From a virus: a stretch of 12,747 bases of DNA. This document shows, piece after piece, positions 7,860-12,747 of this stretch. The translations under genes and the position numbers were made by a program. The stretch lies in UHGV virus genome UHGV-0250286. One strand, written 5' to 3'. The notes beneath the pieces were generated by a model, which was not told the origin of the DNA, made no database searches, and saw only the letters and a program-made list of their open reading frames with translations. How positions within the stretch are numbered: the stretch's first letter is position 1; every line of letters starts with the position of its first letter.

Positions 7860-10025
7860 TTATTGAGGTGTCTCGGCTACTCCGCCGGAGGGGATTTGAA
7901 CTTGACGCATAAGATTCGCGAAATCCATGCGTTGTGAATGAGTCTGGTCTGCATCTTTAAGAAGCAGCTCAGCGTTAGCACGAGCATCTTTGCTGCGCTG
8001 TTGCTGGAATTGAACTACGAGCTTGAGGTACTCACGCAGTTCTGCCTGCTTGTCGAGGTCCATATTGTTGAAGATTTCTGCAATCTTCGCGGCGTTGAGT
8101 TGGTTTTGGGCTTCAACCTTGGCGGCTTCAACCTGAATCTGCGCCTGTTGGTTCTCTGCCTTGAGCAATTCAGCCTGACCTTGCAGAAGGATACCCTGCG
8201 CCTGAATTTGCTCTGCTGATGGCTGCTGCGGCTGCTGTTGAGCCTGCTGTACCATCTCCATCTCTTCAGGTGTTTCTGGTTTCTTCAGCCCCATCATCAC
8301 CAGTTGCTTGTTCGCGTACTCTCGCATCATCTCGACGCCTTTACCGTCAAGCAGCGTGAAGTATTGCAGCATCAGCATCTGGAACTCTGGAGTACCTTGC
8401 GGAACCTTGGTGAGCAACTCCTGAATCTCTGCGCGGTTCTGTTCCTTCATGCTCTGGAAGGATGGTCCAACTCCTATATAGCACTCGTAGCGACCGCGAA
8501 TGTCGTTGAGTGTGACCACATTACCGGACTGGTAATCGACAACTTGCGCGTAGAGTTGAACGTCTTTCTCGCTTCCATCTTCAAGTGTCAGCGTTACATG
8601 ACGAGGGATGTCATAAATATCATTGACCATTGAGGCATAAATCTCGCCATCACGCCGCATTGCGGTAGCCAGGTTATCCTGAAACACGTATGTCTCAAGG
8701 TCTGACCGCATGTTCAGTTGATTGACGGTATCGAAAGAGACCTGAGAGTTTGCTGCCTGTGCATCCACGCCAAGACTAGCCACCTCTTTCACTGCGTTGG
8801 TGGCAGCCTCAAGCATGTAAGCGTTGGCTTGCGGCACTTCAGGGTTTTCCATGTAGGAGATTGGACCAATCGGCAGGTCGTTACCGTTTTCATCAGTCCT
8901 GTTCTGGAGATAGTACGGATAGTCATCATTTCCACCGTACATGTATTCGTAGCCTTCGATTTGCTCAGGGAAGAAGGTCGGTTTCTTCTTCGGTGAACGA
9001 CCAACAATATCGGCGTTGAATGACATGATCATGTTACGAAGGCGTTGACCGTCTTTCGTCAGCCTTACCACTCCTTCGTAGCACTCCTTGTCACCAGCGA
9101 ATGACCATTCGCCATACACTGGAACGATTGGAATATGCTCTCCTGCTATCTTCTCGCGGTCTTTCAGTATCTGTGTGCAGGTGATGATCGACTTATACAC
9201 ACGCCGACGCTTCACCTTGCGCTCTGCTACCTTAATGAATCCACGATTAGCCAGGTCGTCGATGACGTCTTTAATATCCTGCTGGTAATAGCTGACCGGC
9301 TCACCTGTCAGCGGGTCGCGGTAGATGAAGACCTTCTCTTTCTTCTCTTCTATCTCGTAATACTCAGCGACGTAGACGACATCATTCGATACCCACGGAA
9401 ACAGCCATGTGTCGTTCGGATTCTGGAAAGATGGCAAGGTGTCCGGATCAATACCGTAATCCTCTGCGAACTCTTTCCAGCCATTGCGTGACAAGGCGTT
9501 AATCACCGTGCAGTGCTTAGCGTCGCTCTTATCCATCTGCTTGCTGTTGGCGTCCCATATGACGTGTGAGCAGGCCTCATGGATTGGCAGGCGTCTGATT
9601 ACCTGATTGTTGCTTGTTGGATCGTTGTCTTCGTACTGTGTGACCAGACGCCATGCACCAACGCCGGACTCTATCTGCTCACGAACGCCAACGTTAACGG
9701 CAATCTTTGCCGTGTTATGGCGCATATCAGTACGATACATCCCCATCAACACATCGGCTGCATCAGGATTAGCGCCGTCTTTGGGTCGGAAGAGAACGTC
9801 GATAGGGTTCCGGCGCATCTCTGCGACCAGTTTCCTGACCACTGGGCGAACAACATCGAATTGTCCGCGATATTGCAGGGTGGTGTAGTTTGATAGCCAG
9901 TCATCCCATTGCGACACTCGGCTAAAAAACAGGTCATTTGTCGCCTCGGTTCTGGCTTCATCGCTCGCCATCCAGTCTGCGTCAAACTTACACAGAATGG
10001 AATTGAGTCTGTTTTCGTCGGCCAT
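7860..10025 (-). CDS. portal protein, P22 gp1 family
   Basis: 721 aa. [44 protein letters not shown]... and the C-terminal ...[10 protein letters not shown] match the P22 portal family. The Gln-rich C-terminal barrel region is present. Confidence 0.95.
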   Translation of the reverse strand: MADENRLNSILCKFDADWMASDEARTEATNDLFFSRVSQWDDWLSNYTTLQYRGQFDVVRPVVRKLVAEMRRNPIDVLFRPKDGANPDAADVLMGMYRTDMRHNTAKIAVNVGVREQIESGVGAWRLVTQYEDNDPTSNNQVIRRLPIHEACSHVIWDANSKQMDKSDAKHCTVINALSRNGWKEFAEDYGIDPDTLPSFQNPNDTWLFPWVSNDVVYVAEYYEIEEKKEKVFIYRDPLTGEPVSYYQQDIKDVIDDLANRGFIKVAERKVKRRRVYKSIITCTQILKDREKIAGEHIPIVPVYGEWSFAGDKECYEGVVRLTKDGQRLRNMIMSFNADIVGRSPKKKPTFFPEQIEGYEYMYGGNDDYPYYLQNRTDENGNDLPIGPISYMENPEVPQANAYMLEAATNAVKEVASLGVDAQAANSQVSFDTVNQLNMRSDLETYVFQDNLATAMRRDGEIYASMVNDIYDIPRHVTLTLEDGSEKDVQLYAQVVDYQSGNVVTLNDIRGRYECYIGVGPSFQSMKEQNRAEIQELLTKVPQGTPEFQMLMLQYFTLLDGKGVEMMREYANKQLVMMGLKKPETPEEMEMVQQAQQQPQQPSAEQIQAQGILLQGQAELLKAENQQAQIQVEAAKVEAQNQLNAAKIAEIFNNMDLDKQAELREYLKLVVQFQQQRSKDARANAELLLKDADQTHSQRMDFANLMRQVQIPSGGVAETPQ

Positions 10026-11525
10026 TTAAGTTCTCCGTGCGATGGGCCTGATTGGGGCTGGTATCTTTTTCTCTTTTGGTTTTTTGATGTCGCGCATCAT
10101 TTTGGCGAAGCGGCGCATCATGTATGCATAGCGAACGGCTGAGAGAACGTCGTCGTTAAGCTTGACGATCTTCCCGTTTTCATCACGGTGATAGAGGCGG
10201 AACTCCTCAAAGAATGGCTCACAGGTGTTGAATACTTTGAAGCGACCATCGAGCATCATGTCGCGCAATTCAGTGATGCCAGGCTCCACAGCATTACCGC
10301 CATCAGGCCATGTCGCATGCTCCTGCAACATCATAAAACCAGCGTCCGCGTACTGCCCTTTGAGCTGCTCACCGCCGCCCTTCTCATGCTGGTTTCCGTC
10401 ATGAGGCCATGCGGTTGGCACTTTATGCGCCCATGATTTAACAGCTCCCCATGCCTGAACAGCTGTTTTTTCTTTCGCCTTCCACACGCGTGAAACGTAG
10501 ATTGTGTCTGCGTCCTTATCCCACCAAAGCTGAACCTGCGCCTGTGGGTGATCCCATCCGAAATCCATCCCACCAATTACGTAGAAGTGATCAGGACACT
10601 CGAACGGCTGACACTTAATAGTCTCTTCCGGTATCTGGAAGATTCGACCACTACCCATCGTAGGAATACCGCGAGCACGCGCCTCTCTCTCATGCTCGGG
10701 ATAGGATGCGATGATTTGCTCTTTCTGCTCGTCGGTGTAGTGCTCTGCGTCATAGATGGTCATGTTGACCACTTTCTGCGACTTGCTGGGATTCTTCAGG
10801 AACTTGGTAACAACGTCAGACATCCCCATCAGCGGGGTAAACGTCAGAATTGAGAATTGCCCGTATTTGTTGGTACGGGTAAGACCTTCGCCATAAATGC
10901 TGTATGGTGGCTCTTCGTCAAACCACACGCCGTGGATTGTGTCACCCTGCCAGCGAGCGCGGCCTTGCGAGTATGGTTTGAAGTAGCAGATTGAAATGCC
11001 ATCTTCAACGCCATCAGCCGTGTGATGCTTAACCAGAAGATGATCAACAAGGTTCGGAAAGAAAGGAGACTTCTTCCAGCTAATGATGTCCTCTTTCGGT
11101 ATAGAACCGTAGCCCGGTTCATCATTCTCTTCAATACGACCGCACAGGATGCGTTGAGTCGTTTTGGTTACCGTCTCGTTTGTCTCGCCACCAATCCAGA
11201 AGACAACAGGCTCATAGAAACGCTTACCTTTCCACTCCCCACCATATTTACCATCAGCAGGATAGCCTTTTGTGCCCGGATAACGCCCTGTAAGGTGAAA
11301 CGCGACTTCAGCAGCACCAGTAAATGACTTACCAAGCTGGTTACCAGCCATAAAACAGCGCTCTGGATAGTCATGCCCGGCGTCGATGAACTCACGCTGT
11401 TTGCTGTATGGCGTAAATTCATATAGCAGGTGTGTGTTCCGGTAGTTCTCTTCTTCTTCGAGTAGCTCGAGCAATTCGATTTGCTCTTCGTCGCTCAGGT
11501 TATCAAGAATCGCGTCCAGTTCCAC
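10026..11525 (-). CDS. terminase large subunit, P22 gp2 family
   Basis: 499 aa, the same length as P22 gp2. Has a Walker A-like motif ([10 protein letters not shown]) and a nuclease-type C-terminal half. Stop TAA abuts the portal ATG (TTAAATG) with a GGAGAA Shine-Dalgarno. Confidence 0.95.
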   Translation of the reverse strand: MELDAILDNLSDEEQIELLELLEEEENYRNTHLLYEFTPYSKQREFIDAGHDYPERCFMAGNQLGKSFTGAAEVAFHLTGRYPGTKGYPADGKYGGEWKGKRFYEPVVFWIGGETNETVTKTTQRILCGRIEENDEPGYGSIPKEDIISWKKSPFFPNLVDHLLVKHHTADGVEDGISICYFKPYSQGRARWQGDTIHGVWFDEEPPYSIYGEGLTRTNKYGQFSILTFTPLMGMSDVVTKFLKNPSKSQKVVNMTIYDAEHYTDEQKEQIIASYPEHEREARARGIPTMGSGRIFQIPEETIKCQPFECPDHFYVIGGMDFGWDHPQAQVQLWWDKDADTIYVSRVWKAKEKTAVQAWGAVKSWAHKVPTAWPHDGNQHEKGGGEQLKGQYADAGFMMLQEHATWPDGGNAVEPGITELRDMMLDGRFKVFNTCEPFFEEFRLYHRDENGKIVKLNDDVLSAVRYAYMMRRFAKMMRDIKKPKEKKIPAPIRPIARRT

Positions 11526-11991
11526 GGTTGAATAGCTCCTTGATACGAGAGCGTCGCTTATCGCGATCTCCCTTATCAGGTGTCACGTCTTCAACTTGCG
11601 ACTGCTCTTTGAGGCCCAAATCACGGGCGATGATGTTAGCGTTGAGAAGGTCAGCGGCTGCGCCAGAGAATTTCTGGTCGTAGATGATGTCTTCCGCTCG
11701 TGATGTGACGTCAGAAAAACCTTCCATTGACCGGAAGGTTCCCCATGTTTGCCTGGTGATATCAAGGAAGGTACACAATCCTGAAATAGTCATGGCTCGC
11801 ATCTTAGGGACATTAGCCTTAATTATTTCTCCCTGATATGAAAATACCTTACCCTCCCATAGCGGGTTATCATCAGCCCACTCGAAGTATTCACAACAAG
11901 CTGCCCACAGCGCCTCAGGCGATTCGAATTTAGGATTTCGCCCATGACTACTGCGGGCCTCCCAAAATCGGTTGCCCTTTGGTGCTGCCAT
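11503..11991 (-). CDS. terminase small subunit, P22 gp3 family
   Basis: [38 protein letters not shown]...[14 protein letters not shown], 162 aa from the second ATG (Shine-Dalgarno AGTGAG 6 nt upstream). The track ORF begins two codons earlier (MNM..., 11997). Overlaps the large terminase gene by 23 nt. Confidence 0.9.
   Translation of the reverse strand: MAAPKGNRFWEARSSHGRNPKFESPEALWAACCEYFEWADDNPLWEGKVFSYQGEIIKANVPKMRAMTISGLCTFLDITRQTWGTFRSMEGFSDVTSRAEDIIYDQKFSGAAADLLNANIIARDLGLKEQSQVEDVTPDKGDRDKRRSRIKELFNRGTGRDS
11701..11724 (-). other. candidate pac (packaging initiation) site, diverged from the P22 pac sequence
   Basis: Minus strand reads gaaggtttttctgacgtcacatca (codons EGFSDVTS) at the position in the small terminase gene where the P22 pac site GAAGATTTATCTGAAGTCGTTA (codons EDLSEVV) lies, as I recall it. 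Several positions match (GAAG.TTT.TCTGA.GTC). Confidence 0.35.
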
Positions 11992-12026
11992 ATTCATCTC
12001 ACTTAATCGTTATTTCAGGTTGAGCA

Positions 12027-12269
12027 TCATGCTCCGGTGGTGAACAGGTCTAACGCCTCCTTCGATTTACGCACCGCTTCGATTGTGCGGGTCGTGATAT
12101 CTGAATTAGCGCCACCTGACTGGAAGTGAATTTTGAATAGCTCAAGCTTCAGCTCGTCAGTGCCAATGAACTGAAATGCTTCTTCTGCGGCTGCGTTCTG
12201 GTTCATGACCAGTTTGTAAATCTCTAACTGGAATTTCTGTTCTTCAGTCATGGGAATAATCTCTGCCAT
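12027..12269 (-). CDS. hypothetical protein (80 aa) immediately upstream of the small terminase gene
   Basis: Open frame MAEIIPMTEEQKFQLEIYKLVMNQNAAAEEAFQFIGTDELKLELFKIHFQSGGANSDITTRTIEAVRKSKEALDLFTTGA ending 30 nt before the small terminase Shine-Dalgarno. Weak ribosome-binding site, start uncertain, and I do not recognise the family. Confidence 0.35.
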   Translation of the reverse strand: MAEIIPMTEEQKFQLEIYKLVMNQNAAAEEAFQFIGTDELKLELFKIHFQSGGANSDITTRTIEAVRKSKEALDLFTTGA

Positions 12270-12351
12270 TGTTGGCTCAAGATTCTTTGTGGTGGCGGAC
12301 TGATGGAAAGACATCCGCTGAATCGATGATAAACAAGTGGAAGAGGTTGCG

Positions 12352-12522
12352 ATGGTTTCCGTGAACAAAGATCCGAAGGAAGGCGTTGAATACATCACTG
12401 GTGCTGATGGTGTGAAAAGACCAATGGCTTATTACAAAGCGGCTGAAGAGAGGGCAAGAATAGAAAATCCCCCTAAATGCGGATCATTTTTCGACATGCT
12501 GGACCTTCAATGGAAGTTGTGA
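12352..12522 (+). CDS. hypothetical small protein (56 aa) on the strand opposite the late operon
   Basis: ATG at 12352 with a strong GGAAGAGG Shine-Dalgarno 5 nt upstream. Encodes MVSVNKDPKEGVEYITGADGVKRPMAYYKAAEERARIENPPKCGSFFDMLDLQWKL. A terminator-like hairpin follows 11 nt after the stop. Confidence 0.4.
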   Translation: MVSVNKDPKEGVEYITGADGVKRPMAYYKAAEERARIENPPKCGSFFDMLDLQWKL

Positions 12523-12532
12523 ACAACTAACA

Positions 12533-12557
12533 GGTCGCTCAGGCGGCCTTTTTTATT
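12533..12557 (+). terminator. candidate rho-independent terminator for the plus-strand small ORF
   Basis: GGUCGC-ucag-GCGGCC (6-bp stem with one G.U pair) followed by UUUUUUAUU. The minus-strand orientation has no U-tract, so it would not stop late-operon transcription. Confidence 0.35.
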
Positions 12558-12747
12558 GCCATCACAAAAGCCATTCCCTACAGAGTGGCTTTGGTAATGG
12601 CTTATAATCAGGCAGGAGGTTCATCTTTCAGTGGCTGCCAGTGTTATTTCCCCACTTACTGGCTTGGGTTGTTTCGCGGTACTGCCGTAACTGGTTGCCC
12701 AGAATAAATTCCGGTTTCATTATCAAGCCCACCCGTAGATAGGCTTT

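Noticed and set aside
7938-9491. Several 60-130 aa plus-strand ORFs inside the portal gene
   Set aside because: All lie antisense within the intact 721-aa portal ORF, have Leu-rich, low-complexity translations and lack ribosome-binding sites.
1-12747. tRNA, rRNA, integrase, transposase or insertion-sequence signatures
   Set aside because: I found no cloverleaf-like structured region, no rRNA-like sequence, and no ORF resembling a recombinase or transposase. The window is uninterrupted virion-structural coding sequence apart from the 4678-5254 rearrangement.

Overview
This window is the late (virion morphogenesis) module of a P22-like podovirus or prophage, with every structural gene on the minus strand. 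Reading from high to low coordinates the order is: small terminase (gp3-like), large terminase (gp2-like), portal (gp1-like), scaffold (gp8-like), coat (gp5-like), an intrinsic terminator, a small 82-aa ORF, gp4-like adaptor, gp10-like hub, gp26-like tail needle with a C-terminal knob, a gp14-like ORF, and gp7-like and gp20-like ejection proteins. Protein identities are by recognition of the P22 protein families from memory plus the conserved gene order; no database search was run. The most unusual feature is at the gp4/gp10 junction (4678-5254): about 447 bp carrying the 3' part of gp4 and the first 20 codons of gp10 lies in inverted orientation, flanked by perfect inverted duplications of 26 bp and 104 bp. 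This leaves a 73-aa gp4 stub and a gp10 without its native start, so the locus is either a defective prophage or an assembly or engineering artifact. Other points: a strong terminator right after the coat gene, a hexanucleotide repeat inside the small ORF, 42-bp tandem repeats in the tail needle gene, a diverged pac-like sequence in the small terminase gene, and a small plus-strand ORF with its own RBS and terminator upstream of the terminase genes. No tRNA, rRNA, CRISPR array, integrase or transposase was seen.
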